Assembly (NCBI GenBank): GCA_034723395.1
Contig: JAYEOW010000040.1
Span: 8,424-72,423 of the forward strand
Direction: 5' to 3'
Length of the DNA stretch: 64,000 bases
DNA from: Candidatus Margulisiibacteriota bacterium
GTDB lineage: Bacteria > Margulisbacteria > WOR-1 > O2-12-FULL-45-9
The position numbers and the translations under genes are program-made. The notes under the pieces were generated by a model. That model saw only the letters and a list, made by a program, of their open reading frames with translations. It was not told the DNA's origin and did not search any database. The stretch's first letter is position 1; each line of letters starts with the position of its first letter. Positions 28,396 through 38,016 of the stretch are shown here, in pieces.

Positions 28396-31300
28396 TTACC
28401 AAAAAGAAAACCCTGCTTTAAGGGTTATTTTTTCATCTCCAGACATTAATTCATGAATGTTGGCTGGTTCTCGATAGTATATTATAGACCAAATAGGGCT
28501 TAATTTATAGGTTAATTGGTAATTTAGATAGGTCTCTTCCCCTCCGGTTTCCTGGTTGAATTGAGAGTATTTAACGTCCAGGTAAAATTTGTCAAAGAAA
28601 CCCTTAACGAAGCCGACTCTCCAATCAGGCTTTTCCCCTTCCAGGGCGCGGGATTCAGAAACCCCCATTGCCTGGCGGATATCCTTACCAAAATTGTATT
28701 CAAGGGTTAAGCTTTCGAGCCCAAAGCGTTGTTCAAGCTCCCGTTCTAAACTGCGGAAGATCAAGGTTTGGACACGACTGCTGATATAATCGGCGACAAC
28801 AAGGTTGGTATCGACATCATCCCCGCCTTCTACCCCGGTCAATGATTTAATAAAATCAGGAAGGAGCATAACCTTGATCGCTTGCTCGCTATATCCGCCC
28901 GGTTTTAAGTCATTATTTTTATCTTCTACAAAGCTGTCTAATGAGATGGTGAGCGCGCGTTCTTTCTCGGCGGCGCCGATTACCCCATGCAGCCGGGAAA
29001 TGACAATCACTTTATTTTTTGTTACATTTCCATCGGTGCCGGTCTCGCTTTCTTCTACGTCGACTTTAGCAGTAATGATTATATCTGGCTTTACCCCTTC
29101 GCTTCCTTTCTCACCGCTAAAGAGGGCGCGGTTCTCTTTGACTTTATCGGGATTAAATGTGTAATAGCTTTCTTGTTGTGCAACATTTAGCAGGGTGAAT
29201 TCACGGTTAAAGATGTTTACCGTTCCCCTTTTGACCGCGATATTACCAAAAAGGGATGGATTGGTGGAGGTTCCAGTAATCAAGAGCCTATCACCGCTTA
29301 TTTCCAGGTTCATGAATATATTGCTTAGGTCAAAGGTCGCGACATCACCCATCACCGCATAGACATTTTTCCCGAGAGCCAGATCTAGATCATAAACGAC
29401 CGGAAAGATCTTTTTGCCATTGCCGGGGCGCTTTGAGATATTAATGACCGCGTTGCTGGCGCTAGCCTTCCCTTTTAATGCGGGACCGGCGCTTAAATCG
29501 AAATAAAGCGGGCCATAGATTTGGGCTGCTTTGATGTCTACTATCCCGGTATAAAGTTGGGGCAGGTCCACATAAAAGGTGTAAGGGCTTAAGGCGATAT
29601 TAAGCGAGACCATTTTTTCGTCGGAAAGGACCTTGCTGATATCGACCGATCCCGCGAGGCCGATGAAGTTTGGGTATCCTCTGGTCCGTTTTCCCTGCCA
29701 GTTGCCGGTTAGTGATGGAATTTGAACGATGCCGTCGACAATATTTGCTTTCCCGCTCATGGCTTTAATTTCAGAATCGATCGCTTTTACATAAATCGTA
29801 CTCTCTCTGCATTCTATATTACCGTTGATCCGGGGATGGGTGAGGGGGCCGGCCAGGGTAATGGACGCTTTTGCTTTTCCTTTGATCCAACGCACATCTT
29901 TGCTTACCAGGTTAAAGAGCCCGACCGCGTCATCGTTTAAATTTGCCGCCAGGTCGAGGCTGCCGGAAGATGAAAGATCAATTGTTCCAGCCAAGGATGA
30001 GTGTTTACCGTCCTCAGTCAGGGAAAATTCGTGGACCTTAACATGTCCATTGGTTTTGGTTACCGCAATCGAAGTCTTATCAAAATGAACCCCGGCGAAA
30101 GTAACATTGTCCCCTTTAACCGCGGCAGAAAATTGCGGATTATCGGCCGGTCCGATAAAAGAAGCTCGCATGTTAAAGGTCCCTTTATATCCCTGATCGA
30201 AGAGAATCTTTAGTATGTCCAGCGGCATGCGGGTTGCGGTCAATTCGAGATTAATATTTCCGTCTAAGCTAATGTTTCCGCTGGCATTTAGCCTCCCTAA
30301 TTTTTTAGCGAGCTCAAGCTTTTCAATGTTTATCTGGTTATCTTTTAAAGAGGCTTTGGCATGTAATTTATCAAAGTTAAACTTCCTAAAATACCCCTTT
30401 TCCACATCCCCGTTAAACTTACCGGAGAGATTATTTATCTTTCCCTTTAGGGAGATGTCCCCGGATATCTCCCCGCCGTACTCTCCCTTGATCTTGACCG
30501 CTTCTTGTTTTTTGCTGGTTTTAGTTAATTTATCCCAGAGTTTGAGGAAGTAGTCCCGTTTCCCGTTGGCGGAATAGATATTTAGTTTCCCCTGGTGGAC
30601 ATATTCTTGCGGAGAAGGGATCTCCAGGGCCTTAAGATTTATTTTTGACTTGTTACCCATTTCCGGGACGTATAATCGGCGCGATATTTCGCTGTTTATC
30701 TTGTCAACCAGCTCGAAAGCGTAAGCGAGGTCGGCCTGGATTATTTTTAATTTTAGATCGAGAGAGCTTTCTTCCGGCTGGTCGGTATTAAGCGCGTTTA
30801 AATCGACCGACCCGGAAACGACAAACTCATTTTCTCCGCTGGAAAACCGGACCGGACAGCTCAGGTTAAGAATGTTGGAAGAATAAGAAACGCTCCCTTT
30901 AATCCGGTCAAAGTCGAGCTTATTCAGGCGGAAATCCTGCAGCCAGAAGGTGGCGGCAAATCCAGGATTATTAATGTTTCCTTCAGCGACCATGTTTATT
31001 CCAAGTTTTCCATCGAGCCGACCATATTTATTGGTAAATTTTTTAAATTCCGAAAAGCCGATCACGCCATTTAAGGACCCCTTTATCTGTTTATCTTTGC
31101 TACAGGTAAGATCAAACATGAAATCAGAATTTTTAGTTTTAAATATGCAATTTGGAAAACTTAAATTGTGGTTTTCCCACTTAAATTTCAGCCGGCTCTC
31201 TTTGATCGATAGATCGGCCAGGTTGACGCCGGTTAAAACGATCTTTCCGTAGGCGTTCAAGTTTAAAAGCGGACCAAAGGAGATAAGCTGGGTTTCCTTA

Positions 31301-33300
31301 GAGAGTTCGCCGGTAACCTCAAAACTTATATCCCCAAAACCGGTTGGATCTTTTGCCTCCTTAGGGAGGAGTAAGTTCAGAATTTTAAGATCGTCAAGAT
31401 CGATCTGGCTGCCGTGAACGGTCAAGCTGGTTGGATGGCCGATGCCGGTTTGTCCGGAAACCTTTAGCATTGATTGGTCCCTAATAAAAGATACATCTTC
31501 AACCTCAATTAACCCGTCACCGAGAGTTATTTTTCCCTGGGCGAGGTCAAATCTCTGTTCTCCGATTTCCCCATCGCTTAGCTTTATCGACCCGGAGGCA
31601 TTAAGCCGTTTCAACGGCGCGGCCAGGAAGTTATCGTCAAGCTTAAAGTTTATATTACCCTCGAAGGAATCGACGATAGCGGCCATGGGGCCTAATAATC
31701 CATTCCCCGAAAGCTCAATGCCGCTGGCGCTGGATTGAAAATTAAATTTCAGATCACGCGAAATAGTGCCGGTCGATTTAATTGAGGCGGTTTTTGAAGA
31801 GGCGGTAAAATGTTCAAGGACCACATCCCCATCTTTTATTACAAAAAGGGATGATAGTTTTTCAATCGGTTGGCCGAGGAACTGGGCCCCGGATAAGTTC
31901 GCTTCCAACTCTCCCTTTAACCGGTTTGCCGGCCCGTAGAGATTAACATTGCCGGAGGCTTTTCCGATAATTCCGGGAGAATTCTGCGATAAAGCGGCGA
32001 GATTGATCTGGCTTAGCTCTGTCCGGATAGATAGAGTGGGCATTAAGGTTGAAAAATCGACATTGCATTCCCCGGCTAATTCCCCCTTGTATAAATTCAT
32101 ATTTGGGATATCGACCTTTAAAAGTTTTTTGGCAAAGGATAATTTAGATGTCCCGGAAAAACTCTGGCCGTAGAATAACCCGTTTATTACAGTCGCTTTT
32201 CCTGACGCAATCGGAGATTGGGCTGTTCCCTGGAGCCGGACAGAGGCATTTGCCAGGCCGGATAGTTCTAGTTTGCTGGTTTGCGGGAATATGGATACAA
32301 GATTTTTTAGGTTTCCTTGAGCGAATGAAATGTTAAAATCGAGGTTTTGCTTTTTAAAGTCAGATAAACGGCCGTTTACCAGGACCTTGAGCCCGTTTAT
32401 TTCGGCCCGGGCATCTTTTACCGATAAACTGTTATCTTTAAGGGTTAATCTGCCGCTGCTGTTTTCAAAGTTAAAGTCATAAAGTTTAGCTCCGGCGGAA
32501 AAGATAGAAAAATCGCCGCTTAATGAGACCGCCCTCCCTTTTATCCGGGGAGAGGAGAGTCTTAAGGTGAGATTAACCTTTCCCTTCTCAAATTTAACAA
32601 TGTCTAAGGGGATAGTATAATTACCCCATTTTCTAAGATCCAGCCGGTTGGCGGAGATTTTATAAGAGAAGGTCTCTTTTTTCAGGTTAACTGTCCCATT
32701 AATCCTTGCCAGTGCAGGGGAAGGTTTGCTGTCAATCTTTCCGCCGATATCTATTTTTATCCTGTCTTTTTTACTGAAATCGACTTTTCCTTTTACCCCG
32801 GTGAGCTTTTCGTGAAAGGCGACAAAGTCTTTACGGAAGCCTTTGAAGTCGCGGTAATCGATGCTGCAGTTTTTGAAGGTCAGTTTGGCGCGGAAGGGGG
32901 GTGGAGGGGGGTCTCCTGGCTTTCCCCGGGGGAGGATAGTTAAAACGTTCAGTTGCTCTTTGCGGTCCCGCCTGACCTTAAAGTCTCCATCTTCGATGGT
33001 GATCCTGGTGATTGCCGGAACGATATCTTTTTTATAGGCGAATTTGATCAGGCTGTAGTTTATATAAACTTTCTTGGCGGTTGCAAAATCGGGGATATTA
33101 ACATCGTGGAAGATAACCTGACCTACAATCCTTCCATCGACATTGCCAACAGTAATTTTTCTGTTGAATTGTTCGCTAAGCGCCTTTACGGTTTCGGTGC
33201 GGATCTGATCGTAAATAGAGTCGCGCCATTCGCCGACCGAAAATGCGGAGGTGCATACGGCTATGATCAGCAGGGAGATCAGGAGCAGGAATTTTTTCAT
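28396..33300 (-). CDS. tamB: TamB/AsmA-like translocation-assembly protein
   Basis: 1634-aa beta-rich repeat protein with N-terminal anchor, directly upstream of Omp85. Confidence 0.8.
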   Translation of the reverse strand: MKKFLLLISLLIIAVCTSAFSVGEWRDSIYDQIRTETVKALSEQFNRKITVGNVDGRIVGQVIFHDVNIPDFATAKKVYINYSLIKFAYKKDIVPAITRITIEDGDFKVRRDRKEQLNVLTILPRGKPGDPPPPPFRAKLTFKNCSIDYRDFKGFRKDFVAFHEKLTGVKGKVDFSKKDRIKIDIGGKIDSKPSPALARINGTVNLKKETFSYKISANRLDLRKWGNYTIPLDIVKFEKGKVNLTLRLSSPRIKGRAVSLSGDFSIFSAGAKLYDFNFENSSGRLTLKDNSLSVKDARAEINGLKVLVNGRLSDFKKQNLDFNISFAQGNLKNLVSIFPQTSKLELSGLANASVRLQGTAQSPIASGKATVINGLFYGQSFSGTSKLSFAKKLLKVDIPNMNLYKGELAGECNVDFSTLMPTLSIRTELSQINLAALSQNSPGIIGKASGNVNLYGPANRLKGELEANLSGAQFLGQPIEKLSSLFVIKDGDVVLEHFTASSKTASIKSTGTISRDLKFNFQSSASGIELSGNGLLGPMAAIVDSFEGNINFKLDDNFLAAPLKRLNASGSIKLSDGEIGEQRFDLAQGKITLGDGLIEVEDVSFIRDQSMLKVSGQTGIGHPTSLTVHGSQIDLDDLKILNLLLPKEAKDPTGFGDISFEVTGELSKETQLISFGPLLNLNAYGKIVLTGVNLADLSIKESRLKFKWENHNLSFPNCIFKTKNSDFMFDLTCSKDKQIKGSLNGVIGFSEFKKFTNKYGRLDGKLGINMVAEGNINNPGFAATFWLQDFRLNKLDFDRIKGSVSYSSNILNLSCPVRFSSGENEFVVSGSVDLNALNTDQPEESSLDLKLKIIQADLAYAFELVDKINSEISRRLYVPEMGNKSKINLKALEIPSPQEYVHQGKLNIYSANGKRDYFLKLWDKLTKTSKKQEAVKIKGEYGGEISGDISLKGKINNLSGKFNGDVEKGYFRKFNFDKLHAKASLKDNQINIEKLELAKKLGRLNASGNISLDGNINLELTATRMPLDILKILFDQGYKGTFNMRASFIGPADNPQFSAAVKGDNVTFAGVHFDKTSIAVTKTNGHVKVHEFSLTEDGKHSSLAGTIDLSSSGSLDLAANLNDDAVGLFNLVSKDVRWIKGKAKASITLAGPLTHPRINGNIECRESTIYVKAIDSEIKAMSGKANIVDGIVQIPSLTGNWQGKRTRGYPNFIGLAGSVDISKVLSDEKMVSLNIALSPYTFYVDLPQLYTGIVDIKAAQIYGPLYFDLSAGPALKGKASASNAVINISKRPGNGKKIFPVVYDLDLALGKNVYAVMGDVATFDLSNIFMNLEISGDRLLITGTSTNPSLFGNIAVKRGTVNIFNREFTLLNVAQQESYYTFNPDKVKENRALFSGEKGSEGVKPDIIITAKVDVEESETGTDGNVTKNKVIVISRLHGVIGAAEKERALTISLDSFVEDKNNDLKPGGYSEQAIKVMLLPDFIKSLTGVEGGDDVDTNLVVADYISSRVQTLIFRSLERELEQRFGLESLTLEYNFGKDIRQAMGVSESRALEGEKPDWRVGFVKGFFDKFYLDVKYSQFNQETGGEETYLNYQLTYKLSPIWSIIYYREPANIHELMSGDEKITLKAGFSFW

Positions 33301-33644
33301 TAAAAGAGGACCCCGATAAGGATAGCAAGAGCCGGGCTGACAAAAAAGTCAAAAGCGAGCTCTGATTTGTAGAGTACCTTCTGGGCGGCGATCCCCGGTT
33401 CTTCGCTCTGGGTAATTCCGGAGACCGATTTCAATAGGTAAATCCGCAGTAAAAGCTTGGCCAGGATGATCAGCGGAATAAAAAACCAGAGGTTAATTGA
33501 ACTTATAATTATGTAGGTAATACACAATCTTTCGAGCAGTCCATCCCAATCGAGATGGAATTTTATCTTCTCCTTTAAAAGAAAATTCTTTAAATAATGA
33601 AGGAGAATGGTCCCCCCAAAGGTTGAAATAAGCAGGGCTAGCAT
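33300..33644 (-). CDS. Small membrane protein
   Basis: Hydrophobic ORF coupled to tamB; G.LER motif. Confidence 0.7.
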   Translation of the reverse strand: MLALLISTFGGTILLHYLKNFLLKEKIKFHLDWDGLLERLCITYIIISSINLWFFIPLIILAKLLLRIYLLKSVSGITQSEEPGIAAQKVLYKSELAFDFFVSPALAILIGVLF

Positions 33645-33668
33645 GTAATAAATATAGCGGAATTATAG

Positions 33669-33821
33669 AAAAAAAGCAACCCTGACGGACTTCCTGCCCA
33701 GGTGAAACAACCCCCTCTTTTTCTCCCCCTTATAAAGGGGGAGACATTAAGTTTACTTTCTTCCCCTTAATAAGGGGAACCTGCCTGCCGGCAGGCAGTA
33801 TACAAAAAAAGCAACCCTGAC
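33669..33821. repeat. 18-bp direct repeats flanking a cluster of small palindromes
   Basis: AAAAAAAGCAACCCTGAC at 33669-33686 and 33804-33821; between them CCCCTTATAAAGGGG, CCCCTTAATAAGGGG, CTGCCTGCCGGCAGGCAG. Confidence 0.8.
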
Positions 33822-33840
33822 ACGGGGGCCAGGGTTGCTT
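33804..33840 (-). terminator. Intrinsic terminator of the lipoprotein gene
   Basis: Stem AAGCAACCCTG/CAGGGTTGCTT followed by a U tract on the minus strand. Confidence 0.8.
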
Positions 33841-33854
33841 ATATAAAACAGAAA

Positions 33855-34622
33855 CTAGAGTCCGGCAGCAACTACGGAGCCATCGGTTAGATCAACATTG
33901 TAGGTTCCACTTCCGCCGCTGGTAATTGTGAGAACGGCAACACTTGTCCCATCAAATACCAATGTTCCGGCTGCGACAGTAGAGCCACTGGAACTAACGG
34001 ACCAGCTTATATCGCCGGATGGATAACCGCTTGCGCCAACAGTAAGAGTTCCATAATCATAGGTGATCGTGAAATCATCTCCACTGTAAGTGCTGGTGTA
34101 TTGGATCGGCCCATCAATTGATTTAGTCGGCGAATAAGTAAAAGTCATCGGATCGGTCTTACTGGTTCCGAAGCTGATGGCATAGGATCCGCCCGAGAAG
34201 GTATATTCGATGGTGACGGCCATAATCATTTTTGTAACATCTGCAGATGTTAAACCGGCTAATCCTAAAATTGTTGTTACTTCACCATTCGTATCATATA
34301 TTTTAAAGGCGAATGTTCGGGTATAGGTAAATCCGCCAGCCGAATAATTGTCGGAACCTTCAAACCAACCATCTGCGCTGCGGGACAGGGTGATCGCGCT
34401 AGCCATTGGCGGGGCAACTGCTGTAGAAAATCCTGATATCCCTGCAGCAGAACCGGCGGCGTTGTCTACCGTTAAACTGTTGCTGGCAGCAACTCCGACT
34501 CCGCCAGCAACTGTATCTGCCGGAATGGTTGTATCTCCACCAGATGAGCTGGTTGACGAACATCCAGAAATCAGCGCGATCCCTAATCCGAGCACCAATA
34601 AAAGACTAAGTAATTTTTTCAT
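33855..34622 (-). CDS. Ser/Thr/Gly-rich lipoprotein
   Basis: SD GGAGGTG and ATG 34622; lipobox ISG-C. Confidence 0.8.
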   Translation of the reverse strand: MKKLLSLLLVLGLGIALISGCSSTSSSGGDTTIPADTVAGGVGVAASNSLTVDNAAGSAAGISGFSTAVAPPMASAITLSRSADGWFEGSDNYSAGGFTYTRTFAFKIYDTNGEVTTILGLAGLTSADVTKMIMAVTIEYTFSGGSYAISFGTSKTDPMTFTYSPTKSIDGPIQYTSTYSGDDFTITYDYGTLTVGASGYPSGDISWSVSSSGSTVAAGTLVFDGTSVAVLTITSGGSGTYNVDLTDGSVVAAGL

Positions 34623-34634
34623 TGTTTTCACCTC

Positions 34635-34658
34635 CCTGCCCCGAGCTTGTCGAGGGGC
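34635..34658. repeat. REP-like palindrome (CCCGAGCTTGTCGAGGG type)
   Basis: Related to the element at 63936-64000. Confidence 0.65.
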
Positions 34659-34667
34659 TTTTATTCA

Positions 34668-35771
34668 TTACATTGAAAATCCGAAATCAAAAATTGTCGA
34701 GTTGTTCTTTGGGGTTTCGCTATCAAGCATCAAGGCGACATTCAGGCCCCAAATTCCCGCACCATAGGTGGTCATTGAAATCGGGCTGCCCGATGGTCCT
34801 CCCGAAACCATACCTCCGCGAAGGACAATTAAACCGCCTGCGATTGGCATTTCTGCCCCGATATGAGTAACCGAATATGAAGTTCCGCTTCCAGAAACAG
34901 AGTCGAGGTCTGCGGCCAAGACCAGTCCGATAACCGGGATTTTTGTCCCAACACCTATCGTTGTGGTGACCGGACTAGTGGTACCTACTCCTGCTGCAGA
35001 GGTTGTGGTTTGGGTTAAAATAGCGCCAGTTAAAGGATTGTAGGTTGTATTTTTGGTTGTTATGTCATTTTTTAGCGTCGACGATATATCGCGCATCACA
35101 ATAGCAATTTTCGTCGGCCAACCTGCCTCCAGTCCAGCCCTGGCTCCTAGGTCAAAAGCAGTTCCAGTCCCTTTGGTAACCTGTTCTGTACTAGAACTCA
35201 CTCCAGAGGCAGTACTTTGTGAACTAAATGAATTGATCGACTTAATATTTAAACCGAGATCTAAGCTGCCGATTGGGAGTGCTGGAATTGCAAATCGATA
35301 ACCTAAAGTTGCCGCAGCCTCGGTCCCAAACATAGCAGTTGCCGAGCTTCCAACCAGGGTATTAATGTCCGGTTTGGTAAGGTTTAATCTGCCAACCGAG
35401 ATAACACTAACGCCTACCTTTTGGATCTTAACCCCCATCAGGGCGCTTAGAGATCCGTTCATATCAAAAGTCTGGGTAAAATATTGCGAAAGGAAATCTT
35501 CGGGTTTTTCGACTGAGTTGACGACCTGCATAATGTCGTTTAATCCGTCGGTGGCAGCGCCCATCCCCACCTTAAGTTCGCCCAGACTTCCACTGGCTAT
35601 AGCCGCCGGATTGTAATAAACACACATGACATCGTCACAAAGGGCGGAACCGGCGCCTCCCATTGCTCCAAACTTTGCGCCAAAGCCATACGGCGCGTAG
35701 GCAGACTGGAAAGCGAGTGTTGAAGTGGAAACTAGTGCGAGGATTAGCGAGGCGAAAATGATCTTTTTCAT
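34668..35771 (-). CDS. Outer-membrane beta-barrel protein (FadL/TraF/PorV-like)
   Basis: Signal peptide; GA...AMGGA......D....YYNPA plug motif. Confidence 0.75.
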   Translation of the reverse strand: MKKIIFASLILALVSTSTLAFQSAYAPYGFGAKFGAMGGAGSALCDDVMCVYYNPAAIASGSLGELKVGMGAATDGLNDIMQVVNSVEKPEDFLSQYFTQTFDMNGSLSALMGVKIQKVGVSVISVGRLNLTKPDINTLVGSSATAMFGTEAAATLGYRFAIPALPIGSLDLGLNIKSINSFSSQSTASGVSSSTEQVTKGTGTAFDLGARAGLEAGWPTKIAIVMRDISSTLKNDITTKNTTYNPLTGAILTQTTTSAAGVGTTSPVTTTIGVGTKIPVIGLVLAADLDSVSGSGTSYSVTHIGAEMPIAGGLIVLRGGMVSGGPSGSPISMTTYGAGIWGLNVALMLDSETPKNNSTIFDFGFSM

Positions 35772-35863
35772 AAATCTTCCCCTTTCTCCTTCTAGAAGTG
35801 GCCTAAATATAGCACAATTGCTTGAATTGTCAAGCTAATCGTGCTAAAATGAAACTTAATTTT

Positions 35864-36475
35864 ATGGTCAAAAGAGCAAAAAAAAGGCATGGATTACTGG
35901 TTGTAGTCTCTGGTCCTTCCGGCGTAGGAAAATCCACCGTAGTTAAGAAACTCTTACGACTAGATAAAAACCTTAAGGTATCGGTTTCTGCCACTACCCG
36001 TCCGCCGCGGCCCGGCGAAAGCGACGGCGAACATTATTTCTTTGTTAGCCGTGAGCAGTTTGATAAACGAGTAAAGCAGAATGATTTCCTTGAGTGGGCG
36101 ACCGTTCATGGATTTCATTACGGAACGCCGCTAAGCTGGCTAAAAGGGGAGCTGGCTGCGGGGAAGACGATTGTTTGCGAGGTAGATGTTCAAGGAGCGG
36201 CTTCGATCAAAGAGACGGTCGAAGCAAACCGGGTCAATGCGTCCGCGGTTTTTGTCTTTGTGATCCCTCCTTCGGTCGATATTTTGGCTTTTAGGCTGAA
36301 GAAGAGAAAGACCGAGGATGAGGAGGTGGTAAACTATAGGCTGCGGGCGGCGATCGCCGAGCTGCAGGTTATGGAGAAATACGACTATATTGTCGTAAAT
36401 GATAAGGTCGAGTCGGCGGCCGAAAAGATCCAGGCCATTATTAATGTTGAAAAAGAAAGGACGTTATTGAATTGA
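35864..36475 (+). CDS. gmk: Guanylate kinase
   Basis: SGPSGVGKST, TTRPPRPGE.DG.HY.F, YGT. Confidence 0.97.
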   Translation: MVKRAKKRHGLLVVVSGPSGVGKSTVVKKLLRLDKNLKVSVSATTRPPRPGESDGEHYFFVSREQFDKRVKQNDFLEWATVHGFHYGTPLSWLKGELAAGKTIVCEVDVQGAASIKETVEANRVNASAVFVFVIPPSVDILAFRLKKRKTEDEEVVNYRLRAAIAELQVMEKYDYIVVNDKVESAAEKIQAIINVEKERTLLN

Positions 36476-36804
36476 AAGAAAAAATGAAAGAACAAGAAAT
36501 AAGTATCGATAATTTGTTGCCGAAGGCGGTAAATAAATTCCTGCTTTCAAATGCGGCGGCGGGGAGGGCGAAACAGATCGTTGACGGATCCCTTCCTTAC
36601 GTGCACCATTTTGACCCAAATAATCCGGTAGTTACCGCGTTAAGAGAGATCGCGGCTGATAAGGTCCGCATCCGGGTGCTCTCAGGGCCATCCAAGAAAC
36701 CGCAAGAAATTTTAGCTAAAATTGATGAAGACGAAGCTCCTTCAGCGCTCGAAAGATTAGCCAGAGGGGTCAAGGTTAAAGAGAAGAAGCAAAAGAAGAA
36801 GTAA
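36472..36804 (+). CDS. rpoZ: RNA polymerase omega subunit
   Basis: NKF.L....A.RA.Q, P...ALREI; between gmk and coaBC. Confidence 0.85.
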   Translation: MKEKMKEQEISIDNLLPKAVNKFLLSNAAAGRAKQIVDGSLPYVHHFDPNNPVVTALREIAADKVRIRVLSGPSKKPQEILAKIDEDEAPSALERLARGVKVKEKKQKKK

Positions 36805-36825
36805 TATACACGGGATACCACGGAC

Positions 36826-38016
36826 ATGTTGCACGGCAAGACCATCATTTTGGGTGTTTCCAGTAGTATCGCGGCCTACAAAGCTTGTGAGGTCGTTTCG
36901 CAGTTAAAAAAGCTTGGGGCAGATGTTTGGGTGACGATGACCAAAGAGTCGGCGAACTTGGTTTCCCCGCTTACCTTTCGCACCCTTTCGGGTAATCCCG
37001 TCATCCAAAATCTTTTTTCCGAAGAACTGTCGAATATTCCTGTCCCCCATATTTCATTAACCCAAAAGGCAGATCTTATGGTTATTGCTCCATGCGGTGC
37101 AAATATTTTGGGGAAGCTGGCGGGAGGGATCGCTGATGACGCGTTGACCACGATGTTTCTTGCCTCAAAAGCAAAAAAGGTGCTTGCTCCGGCAATGAAT
37201 TCAAAGATGTGGAAGAATCCGATCGTCTTTCAGAACGTAGAAAAACTGAAAGTTTCGGGATATCTTTTTATAGGTCCGGAGGAAGGGATGCTGGCTTGTG
37301 GAGATGAAGATATCGGTCGGATGTCGGAACCTGCGGATATCGTTAAAAATATTATCAGTTTATTAATACCAAATCAGGATCTGGCCGGAAGGCATATTCT
37401 GGTTACCGCCGGAAGAACTCAAGAGGCGATCGATCCGGTGCGCTATATTTCAAATCGTTCTTCGGGGAAGATGGGTTATGCCCTAGCCAGGGCAGCGAGA
37501 GAGCGTGGAGCAAGCGTTACTTTGGTCTCCGGGCCTTCTAATACGAATGCTCCATTAGACATTAAACCGGTGAAAGTTGAATCGGCCGGGGGAATGCTTG
37601 AAGCGGTACTTGATTATTATAATAACGCGGATGCTTTGATTATGGCAGCCGCAGTTTCGGATTATATTCCAACCGTGGTGAATAAAAAGCGAAAGCTTAA
37701 AAAGAATAAAAATAATCTAACGCTTGAGCTAAAACCAGCGACCGATATTCTTAAGCAGGTTTCTATACAAAAGGGGAGGAAGGGACGGATATTAGTCGGT
37801 TTTGCGCTTGAGACAGATAACCTAATCAAGAATGCCCAGAAAAAGTTGAAAGCGAAAGATTTGGACCTGATCGTGGCTAACGATAATTCGACTTTTGATG
37901 CTGATTCAATAAAGTATTCGATCTTACATCGAGGTGGAGAGGTCGAAAATTTTCCATTACAACCGAAAAATACCGCCGCACATACGATAATTGACCGGAC
38001 CGCCACCCTCTTTTAA
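36826..38016 (+). CDS. coaBC: Phosphopantothenoylcysteine decarboxylase/ligase
   Basis: SIAAYKA, PAMN..MW, LACG..G.M, DPVRYISNRSSGKMG, GFALET. Confidence 0.97.
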   Translation: MLHGKTIILGVSSSIAAYKACEVVSQLKKLGADVWVTMTKESANLVSPLTFRTLSGNPVIQNLFSEELSNIPVPHISLTQKADLMVIAPCGANILGKLAGGIADDALTTMFLASKAKKVLAPAMNSKMWKNPIVFQNVEKLKVSGYLFIGPEEGMLACGDEDIGRMSEPADIVKNIISLLIPNQDLAGRHILVTAGRTQEAIDPVRYISNRSSGKMGYALARAARERGASVTLVSGPSNTNAPLDIKPVKVESAGGMLEAVLDYYNNADALIMAAAVSDYIPTVVNKKRKLKKNKNNLTLELKPATDILKQVSIQKGRKGRILVGFALETDNLIKNAQKKLKAKDLDLIVANDNSTFDADSIKYSILHRGGEVENFPLQPKNTAAHTIIDRTATLF

